NCBI RefSeq assembly: GCF_018350175.1
Contig: NC_058383.1
Coordinates: 15,192,001-15,256,000, forward strand
DNA from: Felis catus
Taxonomy: Eukaryota
Direction of reading: 5' to 3'
Length of the DNA stretch: 64,000 nucleotides
Below, in pieces: positions 13,560 through 25,800 of the stretch. The notes under the pieces are model-generated. The model saw only the letters and a program-made list of their open reading frames with translations. It did not search any database and was not told the origin of the DNA. Every line of letters begins with the position of its first letter. The first letter of the stretch is position 1. A program made the position numbers and the translations under genes.

Positions 13560-16500
13560 TGGTATCTGTCTTTCTCTGTATGACTTATTTCACTTAGCCT
13601 CACACTCTCCAGTTCCATCCATGTTGCTACGAAGGGCCATATTTCATTCCTTCTCATTGCCACGTAGTACTCCATTGTGTATATAAACCACAATTTCTTT
13701 ATCCATTCATCAGTTGATGGACATTTAGGCTCTTTCCATCATTTGGCTATTGTTGAGAGTGCTGCTATGAACATTGGGGTAAAAGTGCCCCTATGAATCA
13801 GTACTCCTGTATCCCTTGGGTAAATTCCTAGCAGTGCTATTGCTGGGTCATAGGGTAGATCTATTTTTAATTTTCTGAGGAACCTCCACACTGTTTTCCA
13901 GAGTAGCTGCACCAATTTGCATTCCCACCAACAGTGCAAGAGGGTTCCCGTTTCTCCACATCCTCTCCAGCATCTATAGTCTCCTGATTTGTTCATTTTG
14001 GCCACTCTGACTGGCGTGAGGTGATATCTGAGTGTGGTTTTGATTTGTATTTCCCTGATGAGGAGCGACATTGAGCATCTTTTCATGTGCCTTTTGGCCA
14101 TCCGGATGACTTCTTTAGAGAAGTGTCTATTCATGTTTTCTGCCCATTTCTTCACTGGGTTATTTGTTTTTCGGGTGTGGAGTTTGGTGAGCTCTTTATA
14201 GATTTTGGATACTAGCCCTTTGTGTGATATGTCATTTGCAAATATCTTTTCCCATTCCGTTGGTTGCCTTTTAGTTTTGTTGGTTGTTTCCTTTGCTGTG
14301 CAGAAGCTTTTTATCTTCATAAGGTCCCAGTAGTTCATTTTTGCTTTTAATTCCCTTGCCTTTGGGGATGTGTCAAGTAAGAAATTGCTACAGCTGAGGT
14401 CAGAGAGGTCTTTTTCCGTTTTCTCCTCTAGGGTTTTGATGGTTTCCTGTCTCACATTCAGGTCCTTTATGCATTTTGAGTTTATTTTTGTGAATGGTGT
14501 GAGAAAGTGGTCTAGTTTCAATCTTCTGCATGTTGCTGTCCAGTTCTCCCAGCACCATTTGTTAAAGAGACTGTCTTTTTTCCATTGGATATTCTTTCTT
14601 GCTTTGTCAAAGATTAGTTGGCCATACTTTTGTGGGTCCAATTCTGGAGTCTCTATTCTATTCCATTGGTTTATGTGTCTGTTTTTGTGCCAATACCATG
14701 CTGTCTTGATGATTACAGCTTTGTAGTAGAGGCTAAAATCTGGGATTGTGATGCCTCCCGCTTTGGTCTTCTTCAAAATTATTTTGGCTATTCAGGGCCT
14801 TTTGTGGTTCCATATGAATTTTAGGATTGCTTGTTCTAGTTTCGAGAAGAATGCTGGTGCAATTTTGATTAGGATTGCATTGAATGTGTAGATTGCTTTG
14901 GGTAGTATTGACATTTTGACAATATTTATCCTTCCAATCATGATCACGGAATGTTTTTCCATTTCTTTATAACTTCTTCAATTTCCTTCATAAGCTTTCT
15001 ATAGTTTTCAGCATACAGATCCTTTACATCTTTGGTTAGATTTATTCCTAGGTATTTTATGCTTTTTGGTGCAATTGTGAATGGGATCAGTTTCTTTATT
15101 TGTCTTTCTGTTGCTTCATTATTAGTGTATAAGAATGCAACTGATTTCTCTACATTGATTTTGTATCCTGCAACTTTGCTAAATTCATGTATCAGTTCTA
15201 GCAGACTTCTGGTGGAGTCTATCAGATTTTCCATGTATAATACCATGTCATCTGCAAAAAGTGAAAGCTTGACTTCATCTTTGCCAATTTTGATGCCTTT
15301 GATTTACTTTTGTTGTCTGATTGCTGATGCTAGAACTTCCAACACTATGTTAAACAACAGCGGTGAGAGTGGACATACCTGTTGTGTTCCTGATCTCAGG
15401 GAAAAAGCTCTCAGTTTTTCCCCATTGAGGATGATGTTAGCCTCATCCTCATCATTGAGGATGATGTTAGCTGTGGGCTTTTCATAAATGGCTTTTATGA
15501 TCTTTAAGTATGTTCCTTCTATCCCAACTTTCTCGAGGGTTTTTATTAAGAAAGTTGCAGAATTTTGTAAAAGGCCTTTTCTGCATCGATTGACAGGATC
15601 ATATGGTTCTTATCTTTTCTTTTATTAATGTGATGTGTCACATTGATTGATTTGTGAATGTTGAACCAGCCCTGCATCCCAGGAATGAATCCCACTCGAT
15701 CATGGTGAATAATTCTTTTTATATGCTGTTGAATTCGATTTGCTAGTATCTTATTGAGAATTTTTGCATCCATATTCATCAGGGATATTGGCCTGTAGTT
15801 CTCTTTTTTTACTGGGTCTCTGTCTGGTTTAGGAATCAAAGTAATACTGGCTTCATAGAATGAGTCTGGAAGTTTTCCTTCCCTTTCTATTTTTTGGAAT
15901 AGCTTGAGAAGGATAGGTATTATCTCTGCTTTAAATGTCTGGTAGGATTCCCCAGGGAAGCCATCTGGTCCTGGACTCTTATTTGTTGGGAGATTTTTGA
16001 TAACCGATTCAATTTCTTCGCTGGTTATGGGTCTGTTCAAGCTTTCTATTTCCTCCTGATTGAGTTTTGGAAGTGTGTGGGTGTTTAGGAATTTGTCCAT
16101 TTCTTCCAGGTTGTCCAGTTTGTTGGCATATAATTTTTCCTAGTATTCCCTGATAATTGCTTGTATCTCTGAGGGATTGGTTGTAATAATTCCATTTTCA
16201 TTCATGATTTTATCTATTTGGGTCATCTCCCTTTTCTTTTTGAGAAGCCTGGCTAGAGGTTTGTCAATTTTGTTTATTTTTTCAAAAACCAACTCTTGGT
16301 TTCGTTGATCTGCTGTACAGTTTTTTTAGATTCTATATTGTTTATTTCTGCTCTGATCTTTATTATTTCTCTTCTGCTGCTGGGTTTAGGCTGTCTTTGC
16401 TGTTCTGCTTCTATTTCCTTTAGGTGTGCTGTTAGATTTTGTATTTGGGATTTTTCTTGTTTCTTGAGATAGGCCTGGATTGCAATGTATTTTCCTCTCA

Positions 16501-17381
16501 GGACTGCCTTCACTGCGTCCCAAAGCATTTGGATTGTTGTATTTTCATTTTCGTTTGTTTCCATATATTTTTTTAATTTCTTCTCTAATTGCCTGGTTGA
16601 CCCATTCATTCTTTAGTAGGGTGTTCTTTAACCTCTATGCTTTTGGAGGTTTTCCAGACTTTTTCCTGTGGTTGGTTTCAAGCTTCATAGCATTGTGGTC
16701 TGAAAGCATGCATGGTATGATTTCAATTCTTGTATACTTATGAAGGGCTGTTTTGTGACCCAGTATGTGATCTATCTTGGAGAATGTTCCATGTGCACTC
16801 GAGAAGAAAGTATATTCTGTTGCTTTGGGATGCAGAGTTCTAAATATATCTGTCAAGTCCATCTGATCCAATGTATCATTCAGGGCCCTTGTTTCTTTAT
16901 TGACCATGTGTCTAGATGATCTATCCATTTCTGTAAGTGGAGTGTTAAAGTCCCCTGCAATTACTACATTCTTATCAATAAGGTTGCTTATGTTTGTGAG
17001 TAATTGTTTTATATATTTGGGGGCTACTGTATTCGGCACATAGACATTTATAATTGTTAGCTATTCCTGATGGATAGACCCTGTGATTAGTATATAATGC
17101 CCTTCTTCATCCCTTGTTACAGCCTTTAATTGAAAGTCTAGTTTGTCGGATATAAGTATGGCTACTCCAGCTTTCTTTTGACTTCCAGTAGCATGATAAA
17201 TAGTTCTCCATCCCCTCACTCTCAATCTGAAGGTGTCCTCAGGTCTAAAATGAGTCTCTTGTAGACAGCAAATAGATGGGTCTTGTTTTTTTATCCATTC
17301 TGATACCCTATGTCTTTTGGTTGGCTCATTTAGTCCATTTACATTCAGTGTTATTATAGAAAGATATGGGTTTAGAGTCAT
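13560..17381 (-). pseudogene. L1 ORF2p (endonuclease/reverse transcriptase), multiple stops and frameshifts
   Basis: [54 protein letters not shown] motifs spread over broken ORFs at 17061, 16635, 16274, 15546, 14944 and 13739. Confidence 0.93.
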
Positions 17382-17431
17382 TGTGATGTCCGTAGGTTTC
17401 GTGCTTGTAGCGATGTCTCTGGTACTTTGTC

Positions 17432-18325
17432 TCACAGGATCCCCCTTAGGATCTCTTGTAGGGCTGGTTTAGTGGTGACGAATTCCTTCAGTTTTTGTTT
17501 GTTTGGGAAGACCTTTATCTCTCCTTCTATTCTAAATGACAGACTTGCTGGATAAAGGATTCTCGGCTGCATATTTTTTCTGTTCATTACATGGAAGATC
17601 TCCTGCCATTCCTTTCTGGCCTGCCAAGTTTCAGTAGAGAGATCCGTCATGAGTCTTATAAGTCTTCCTTTATATGTTAGAGCACGTTTATCTCTAGCTG
17701 CTTTCAGAATTTTCTCTTTATCTTTGTATTTTGCCATTTTCACTATGATATGTTGTGCAGAAGATTGATTCAAGTTACGTCTGAAGGGAGTTCTCTGTGC
17801 CTCTTGGATTTCAATGTCTTGTTCCTTTCCCAGATCCGGGAAGTTCTCAGCTATTATTTCTTCAAGTACACCTTCAGCACCTTTCTCTCTCTCTTCCTCC
17901 TCTGGAATACCAATTATGCGTATATTATTTCTCTTTAGTGCATCATTTAGTTCTCTAATTTTCCCCTCATACTCCTGGATTTTTTTATCTCTCTTTTTCT
18001 CAGCTTCTTCTTTTTCCATAATTTTATCTTCTAGTTCACCTATTCTCTCCTCTGCCTCTTCAATCCGAGCCGTGGTTGTCTCCATTTTATTTCACAGCTC
18101 ATTGATAGCATTTTTTAGCTCCTCCTGGCTGTTCCTTAGTCCCTTGATCTCTGTAGCAAGAGATTCTCTGCTGTCCTTTATACTGTTTTCAAGCCCAACG
18201 ATTAATTTTATGGCTATTATTCTAAATTCATTTTCTGTTATATTGTTTAAATAGTTTTTGATCAGTTCGTTAGCTGTTGTTATTTCCTGGACATTTTTTT
18301 GAGGGGAATTCTTCCATTTTGTCAT
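17432..18325 (-). pseudogene. L1 ORF1p with a single in-frame stop at 18092-18094
   Basis: MTKWKNSPQK...NAINEL* and METTTARIEE...LQEILRGIL lie in the same frame; coiled-coil/RRM/CTD-type L1 ORF1 sequence. Confidence 0.9.
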
Positions 18326-20121
18326 TTTGGATAGTCCCTGGAGTGGTGCGGGACTGCGGGGCACTTCCCCTGTGCTGTCTTGAATAATTTGCCTTGGTGG
18401 GCGGGGCGGCAGTCAGACCTGATGTCTGCCCCCAGCCCACCGCTGGGGCCACAGTCAGACTGGTGTGTGCCTTCTCTTCCCCTCTCCTAGGGGCGGGATT
18501 CACTGGGGGTGGCATGGCCCATCTGGCCTACTTGCACACTGAGGCTTGTGGTGCTGGGGATCTGGCGTATGAGCTGGGGTGGATCGGCATGGTGCACGGG
18601 AGGGGCAGGCTCAGCTCGCTTTTCCCTTCGGAGATCCACTTCAGGAGGGGCCCTGAGGCACCGGGAGGGAGTCAGACCCGCTGGAGGGATGGATCCGCAG
18701 AAGCACAGCGTTGGGTGTTTGCATGGTGCCAGCAAGTTCCCTGGCAGGAACGGGTTCCCTTTGGGATTTTGGCTGGGGGATGGGCGAGGGAGATGGCCCT
18801 GGCGAGCGCCTTTGTTCCCCGCCAAGCTGCGCTCTGTCGTCAGGGGCTCAACAACTCTCCCTCCCGTTGTCCTCCAGCCCTCCCGTTCTCTGAGCAGAGC
18901 TGTTAGCTTATAATCTTCCAGATATCAAGTCCCACTTGCTGTCGAATACACTCCATCCGGCCCCTCCTCTTTTGCCAGCCAGACTGGGGGGCTCTGCCTG
19001 GCCGGCAGGCTGCCCCTCCACCCCGGCTCCCTCCCACCAGTCCATGGAGCACGCACTGCCTCTCTGTCCTTCCTACCCTCTTCCGTGGGCCTCTCGTCTG
19101 CACTTGGCTCTGGAGACTCCATTCTGCTAGGCTTCTGGCGGTTTTCTGGGTTATTTGGGCAAGTGTGGGTGGAATCTAAGTGATCAGCAGGACACGCGGT
19201 GAGCCCAGCTCCTCCTATGCCGCCATCTTCCCAGGATTCTCTCCAGAATTTTAGAAAAATAAATTTTGGTCGTTTAAGCCACCAGGTCTATAATTCTCTT
19301 TATAGTGGCCCTAGCAAACTAACACAGCTGGGATTTATTTTTTGGGAGGTTTTGAACTACAAATTCAATGACTTTAATAGCTATAGACTATTCAGAGTGT
19401 CTATTTCATCTTGAATAAGTTTTAGTAGTCTAGGTTTTTTAAGAATTTGTCCATTTATTAATAAAATTTATAGATGTGAAGACTTTTGTGCTATTCTCTT
19501 TTAATTTTTTAAGTTTGTGTGGGTATATATTGATGTTCCCTCTTTCATTTATAATATTAGTCATTTGTGTCTTTTCTCTTTTTACTTCTGTCAGCCTTGC
19601 TATAAATGTGTTTATTTTATTTATCTTTTCCAAAAACATGTTATTACCTTCACTGATTTTCTGTTTGTTTATAATTATATTGATTTTTACTCTTGTCTTT
19701 ATTGTCATCCTCCTTCTGCTTCATTCGGGTTTGTTTTTATTTTCTTCTTCTAGTTACTCGATATGGGAAGTTTATATAAATGGTTTGAGATATTTCTTCC
19801 TTTCTGATATAAATATTTATTATTACAAATATCTAAGCAGAGCTTAGAATATCAAATGTCGATATGTCTTATTTTCATTTTAATTCAATTCAAAAATATT
19901 TTCTAATTTTCTAATTTCTTCTTTGAACCATGGGTTATTCAGAAGTATGATATTTAGTTTTCAAATATTTAGGGTTTTCCAGATATTTTTCTGTAATGCA
20001 TTTCTAATTTAATTCCATTGTAATCAGATACTATACTTTGTCTGACTGGCATCTTTTTAAATTTATCAAAACTTCTGGTCCAGAATATGGTTTATACCGA
20101 AAACAGTGTGTATTTTTTTAT

Positions 20122-20649
20122 TGCAAGAGTTCAGAACATGTCATCTCCAAATATGTCACTCTGGCGTATTAATTATTTTGAGCTAAAGGCACTTGGGAAA
20201 CAGCAGATGACAAGGCTCTCTGACATTCTCCTTTTTACATTAAGCAGGTCATAAAATTTTCTATGAGAAAGGTGCTTTCTCTGTACCTTGAAGAGAAGAG
20301 CATTCTTATCACCAGACACTTGTACAAACAAACTAAAATGACTCTCAACTTCTGTTAGTGTTCCATCTATTTCCTGGTCACTTGGCCCACAATTTATTGC
20401 CCCTGGCCCCAGCCCCTTTGCCTTGTTCCATCCTCACAATTCATTGCTCTTTGTGTAGGAGAGTATATAAGTTTTGGGACCTAGTTGCTTCTTCAGGACT
20501 TTTTTTTTTTTTTAAGAACCCTGTCTACATGTAAAAATGGTAAATAAATCTGTGTGCTTTGTTTTCCTGTTAACCTTTCTTATGTTAGTTTAATTCTTAG
20601 GTCAGCCATGGAACCTAAGAGGGCAGAAGAAAGCTTTTTCTTCTCTGCA
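20122..20649 (+). mobile_element. MER34-family ERV1 solo LTR
   Basis: TG...CA ends; cagaacatgtcatctccaaatatgtcactctggc...attattttgagctaaaggca; tatataa and aataaa present. Confidence 0.75.
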
Positions 20650-21153
20650 GTGTTGGGTAGAGTATTTTATAAATATCAATTAAGTCAAGTTGATTGATAG
20701 TGTTATTTAAGTTCTTGTACATTCTTACTGATTTTTTGTCTACTCATTTATCAGTTACTGAGAGGATTGTTGAAATATCCAACTATAATTGTGGTTATAG
20801 CTATTACTGCCTGCATTGCCATTAATTTTTGCTTCATAAATTTCAGAGCTCTCTCTCTTAATGCATGGTGTTTAGGATTGCTGTGTCCTAATTCATTGAG
20901 CTCTTAATCATCATGAAATGACCTTTTTATCTTTGGTAATATTCTTTGCTCTGAAATCTACTTTGTTTGCTATCAATATAGCTACTCTGGCTTTTTAAAC
21001 AATTGGAAATAGCATGGACTATTTCTTTCCTTCTTTTTACTTTTAACCTATTTTTGTCTATTTAAAGTTGATCTCTTGAAGACACATAAAGGCAGGTCAT
21101 CACTTTTTGTCCAATCGGACCCTCTCTGCCTTTTAACTAAAAGGATGTTTATA

Positions 21154-21344
21154 GGGGCACCTCTCTGACTCAGCTGCTTGAGTGTCTGACTCTTGATTTC
21201 AGCTCAGGTCATGATCTCATAGATCATGGGTTCAAGCCCTGTGTTGCACCCTGTGCTGTCAGTGGGTAGCCTACTTGGGATTCTCTCTCTCCCTCATTCA
21301 CACTGCCTCTCTCTCTCTCTTTCAAAATAAATAAACTTTTGAAA
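21154..21344 (+). mobile_element. CanSINE (older subtype)
   Basis: Flanked by aa(g)gatgtttat. Confidence 0.9.
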
Positions 21345-21356
21345 AAAGATGTTTAT

Positions 21357-21572
21357 GGGGCGCCTGGGTGGCTCCGACGGTTAAGCGTCCGGCTTCAGCT
21401 CAGGTCATGATCTCACAGTTTGTGAGTTCAAGCCCTGCATGGGGCTCTGTGCTGACAGCTCAGAGCCTGGAGCCTGCTTCAGATTCTGTGTCTCCCTCTC
21501 TCTCTGACACTCCCCTGCTCATACTCTGTCTCTCCGTGTCTCAAAAATAAATAAACGTCAAAAAAAAAATTT
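21357..21572 (+). mobile_element. CanSINE inserted at the previous SINE's TSD
   Basis: Third copy of aaaggatgtttata at 21573-21586. Confidence 0.92.
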
Positions 21573-22536
21573 AAAGGATGTTTATACATGATTTTCACTT
21601 AAATGAATGTTTATACTATTTATATTTAATGTGATCAATGATATGATAGAATTTAATTCATTATGCTACTTGTTTTTTGCTCATCTCACATGTTCTTTGT
21701 TCTATTTTCCTTGCCACTGAGGCAAAACCCTTCTTAGCACTCTATCCAATGCTGTTGTGTCTTGTTGGGATAGAAACTCTTCCTGGTCCTGTCCAAAATG
21801 GGGTTTGTTCTCACTGATCTCTTCAGAAGATTTTGTCCCCAATGTTAGGTAGTTCCTCACATGCACACATTGATCAAAACTCAGTTGAAGACTGAGTACT
21901 CCCTGCCAATCTCCAGCATTCTCTATTCATCTCTCTTCTCTCCACTACTCTGCCCTGAAAACTCTGCCCATCTTGGTTTCCCTGGACTCCCAGCCCTTTA
22001 TCAAGTCAGGAAGACTCTTGAGCTCTGTATGGGTTTCCCCTCCATGCCCCATGGCCTGAACACTCACCTTGGACTGCAAGCTGGGGAAAGCATTATTTCC
22101 TGTCCTTCAGAGAGCACCATTCTTCATTGCTTTGTGTCCACTGTCTTGAGAGTCATTATTTCATATATTTTGTCTCATATTTTGCCAATTTTCTACTGTT
22201 GCAAGTGAGTGGATAAATCCAATCCCTGCTATTCCCTCTTGACCATTAGCAAAAGTCTGGAGGTCAGAGACAAATTTTATGTATAATAAACGAAGTATCT
22301 CAAATCAGTGGTAAAAGATAATTATAGCATGAACGGTTTTAGAGAAAGCAGTTAAATATATGAAAAAATGTCAAATTAGATCTTGATTTATTACATAACA
22401 CTAAAATGAACTACAGATAGACAAAAGAGTGAAATAAAATTGTAAACCTCAAAACATGAAAACATTAAAGGAAAGTATGGATGAATATACTCATGATCTC
22501 CACATGAGCAAAATCTTCCGAAGTCTAAAATCATGA

Positions 22537-22748
22537 AGGGACGCCTGAGTGGCTCGGTTGAGTGTCCGACTTCAGCTCAGGTCGTAATCTCATGGTTTGT
22601 GAGTTCAAGCCCCGCATTGGGCTCTGTGCTGACAGCTCAGAGCCTGGAGCCTGCTTCTGACTCTGTGTCTCCCTCTCTCTCTGCCCCTCCCCCACTCATG
22701 CTCTGTCTCTCTTTCTCTCAAAAATAAATAAAAACATTTTAAAATAAA
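22537..22748 (+). mobile_element. CanSINE
   Basis: TSD taaaatcatga. Confidence 0.92.
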
Positions 22749-23200
22749 TAAAATCATGAGAAGTAGAAATAAAAAAAATTAAAAGGTGGATTTTTGTGCA
22801 TGTGTGTTTAATAAATTTTTACTCTGGAATAATCTTATATTTGCAGACAAGTTGCAAAGATAGTACAAAGACTTTCCATATTACCCCTCATCCATTTTCC
22901 CCCAATGTCGTCATCATACACTATCATGGTACTTTGATCAAAAGTGAAAAAAATCACAGTGGTACATTTCTATTAACTAAAGTCTAGATTTCACCAGTTG
23001 TTTTTTTTACTAATGCCTTTTTTTCTATTCAGGATCCAATATATCCAAGTGAAGGCACATTGTTTTTAGAACAGTCATATTTTGACTATTAAAAATCATT
23101 CAATTCCTTGTTTTAAAATGCAAGAGCAAAATAGGAAATTGGCAAACTGAAAAAAAGATTCCTAAGGAAACAAAAGATCAATAGCTTTCAAAATGAATTG

Positions 23201-23279
23201 CTTTTTTTTTTTTTCTTAATTTTAGAGAAAGAAAGAGAGTGTGAGCAGGGGAGAGAGGCAGAGGGAGAGGGGGAGAGAG

Positions 23280-23328
<49 letters not shown>

Positions 23329-23451
23329 CTTAAGCAGGATCCACACTCAGCATGGATCCCAACATGGGGCTGGATCCCACAACCCTGGGATCATGACCTG
23401 AGCTGAAATCAAGAGTCAGATGCTCAACCTACTGAACCACCCAGGTGCCCC
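23201..23451 (-). mobile_element. CanSINE
   Basis: Long (GA)n; TSD aatgaa(t/c)tg. Confidence 0.9.
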
Positions 23452-23640
23452 AGAATGAACTGGTTCTTAGAGTCAATATGTAAAATACTAACCCACCAAT
23501 AAAAAATAATCAAAGAACATGAACAATTTAAAAAAGAAGAAATGTTATTTATATATATTATATATAACATATACATTATAAATATAGATGCACAAATATA
23601 TTAGTTTTATATATAATGCAGTCATTAAGAATAAGGTTTT

Positions 23641-23820
23641 TTAAAGATTATTTATTCTGAGAGAGAGAGAGAGAGAGAGACAGAAAGAGAGAGTGGGGAG
23701 GAACAGAGAGAATCCCAAGCATGAATCCAACACAGAGCTCAACCCCACAAACCATGAGATCATGACCTGAGCCAAAATCAAGAGTCAGATGCTTAACTGA
23801 CTGAGTCACCCAGGCGCCCC
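23641..23820 (-). mobile_element. CanSINE
   Basis: Head at 23820. Confidence 0.9.
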
Positions 23821-23855
23821 TAAAAATAGGTTTTTGAAGGCTTTTTGATTGCATT

Positions 23856-24056
23856 GTGGTACCTGGGTGGCTCAGTTGGTTAAGCATCAAACTCTTGATT
23901 TTGGCTCAGGTCATGATCTCATGGTTCATGAGATCAAGCCCCACATCAGGCTCTGCGCTGACAGCATCGAGCCTGCTTGAGATTCTCTCTCTCTCTTTCT
24001 GCCCCTCCCCCCACTTACACATTCTCTCTCTCAAAATAAATAAACATAAAAAAGAA
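23856..24056 (+). mobile_element. CanSINE
   Basis: Head, (CT)n and tail. Confidence 0.9.
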
Positions 24057-24125
24057 TATTTGATAGCATGCAAAAAGTGTTCATAATAAATTTAAGTGGA
24101 AAACATAGACTCAAAATTATTCTAA

Positions 24126-24333
24126 TTTTTAAAAAAATTTTTAATGTTTATTTATTTTGGAGACAGAGAGAGTACAAGTAGGGGAGGGGCAGAGAGAAGG
24201 AAACAGGATCTGAAGCAGGCTCCAGGCTCTGAACTGTCAGCACAGAGCTGTACGTGGGCTCAACTCACAAACCATGAGATCAAGACCTGAGCTGAAGTTG
24301 GACACGTAACTGACTGAGCCACCCGGGTGCCCC
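24126..24333 (-). mobile_element. CanSINE
   Basis: TSD tattc(t/c)aatttt. Confidence 0.9.
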
Positions 24334-25023
24334 TATTCCAATTTTGAAAGAGTTAAAAAGTATATGTTTGTATAAGCATAGAAACTAATCATAGTTATAT
24401 GTGGGTTATTGAATTACAAATAACATGTATTGTTTTCTTTGTGTTTTTCCATTTTTCTAAATATTCTCCAATTAATATGATTTTAAGAAACACCGAATAT
24501 TTTCTTTTAAAAAGTTTTAATTTCTGCATAACTTTCATGTGGTTTATGGGACTGAAAATATGTTTCTCTTGTTCCAGTATCATTTTTGGTCCCAGTGTTC
24601 TTGTCTGCTGGGATCCTTCCTGCTGTGCAAATGATTAAGTGCATAGATTTTCTTTTGGATCAAAAGGAAATGTTTTTAAAAGTTCTTAGGAGATCAATCC
24701 AGAAGAACTGAATTAATTCTCTAAAGAAAAAGAAAGGGCTATCTGTGTTTGATGGTTTTTCTCTCTCTTCTCTCTCTCTCTCTTTTCCTATCTCTACCCC
24801 TCCTTCCTTTCCCTCTCTCTTGTGTCCAGACTTGGAACAAAGATCCAGGCCATGCCTAGCAGACTAACCTGTTTGATAAGAAAGAGAATATGTAGTGTTA
24901 AGGATACCTAGGGAATGCCAGGGAGAAACTTCTGAACCATGAAAAAAAGTAAGACTTCAAAGGGCCATCTGAGGACAACTTCCTTCCCAGGAGTGGGGCT
25001 GGACTGGTCTGGGCTAACTCTTT

Positions 25024-25253
25024 TTTTTTTTTTTTTTTTTTTAATTTTTTTTTTCAACGTTTATTTATTTTTGGGACAGAGACAGAGCATGAACGGGGGA
25101 GGGTCAGAGAGAGAGGGAGACACAGAATCGGAAACAGGCTCCAGGCTCTGAGCCATCAGCCCAGAGCCCGACGCGGGGCTCGAACTCACGGACCGCGAGA
25201 TCATGACCTGGCTGAAGTCGGACGCTTAACCGACTGTGCCACCCAGGCGCCCC
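25024..25253 (-). mobile_element. Young SINEC_Fc-type CanSINE
   Basis: Perfect TSD tgggctaactcttt; long T tract; CpGs intact. Confidence 0.95.
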
Positions 25254-25320
25254 TGGGCTAACTCTTTACAATATCTCGGAAAAATGATTTTGCTCTACAT
25301 CACTTAAAAACACATAAAGA

Positions 25321-25511
25321 GGGGTGCCTGGGTGGCTCAGTTGTTAAGCGTCCAATTCTCGATTCAGCTCAGATCATGATCTCATGATTTGTGAGTTTGA
25401 GCCCTGCATTGGGCTCTGCAGTGACAGTGTGGAGCCTGCTTGGCATTTTCTCTCTCCTTCTCTTTTCTCCCCACTCCCACTTGCATGTGTATGCATGCTC
25501 TCTCTTTCAAA

Positions 25512-25545
<34 letters not shown>
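25321..25545 (+). mobile_element. CanSINE with (CA)n tail
   Basis: Head at 25321. Confidence 0.88.
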
Positions 25546-25546
<1 letters not shown>

Positions 25547-25644
25547 GAGCCTTTACAGATAATTTGGTCAGTGACTGGAAAATTTACCTTCCAAATTTGG
25601 GGAAGCCCCCATGTATATATTTTATCAGTCTTTGGTTCTCTATA

Positions 25645-25800
25645 TTAGTGTTTCTCAACGTAACCTGCAGATCATCAAAATTAGAATCTTCTAGGATGCT
25701 GGTTCAAAACACCTGAGAACTCCACCCTAGATCTACCAAAGGTGAATCTCTGGGCAATGCCACCTGAGCATCTGGACTTTAATACACACCAAGAAGCTTA
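25645..25800. mobile_element. MER5-like MITE (degenerate)
   Basis: agtgtttctcaac start and MER5-like internal motifs. Confidence 0.4.

Larger units (their letters stand above)
13291..19240 (-). mobile_element. Full-length (~5.95 kb) carnivore/felid LINE-1, inactivated
   Basis: 5' end with YY1-type GGGAAGATGGCGG, CpG-rich 5'UTR, ORF1, ORF2 (EN, RT, C-terminal region), 3'UTR and short A-tail. Perfect TSD ctccagaatttta at 13278-13290 and 19241-19253. Confidence 0.97.
12988..19326 (+). mobile_element. MLT1A/B-type MaLR solo LTR split by the full-length L1 (12988-13290 + 19254-19326)
   Basis: Starts tgttatgagttgaactgtgttccccc, reads gacttctagcctccagaa at the insertion point, and ends tttaagccacc...ctagcaaactaacaca. 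Confidence 0.85.
12005..21140 (-). mobile_element. Ancient L1M ORF2 fragment, interrupted by the MLT1/L1 nest and a MER34-like LTR
   Basis: Degenerate ORF2 translations (12399: [21 protein letters not shown]; 19439: FLEKINKI) that are colinear across the insertions. Confidence 0.75.

Noticed and set aside
13739..14776. 345-aa ORF as an active or domesticated gene
   Set aside because: Fragment of a broken L1 ORF2
18394..18913. 170/134-aa antisense ORFs in the L1 5'UTR (ORF0-like?)
   Set aside because: The track starts are TTG/GTG, the sequence is GC-rich, and there is no recognisable similarity to primate ORF0
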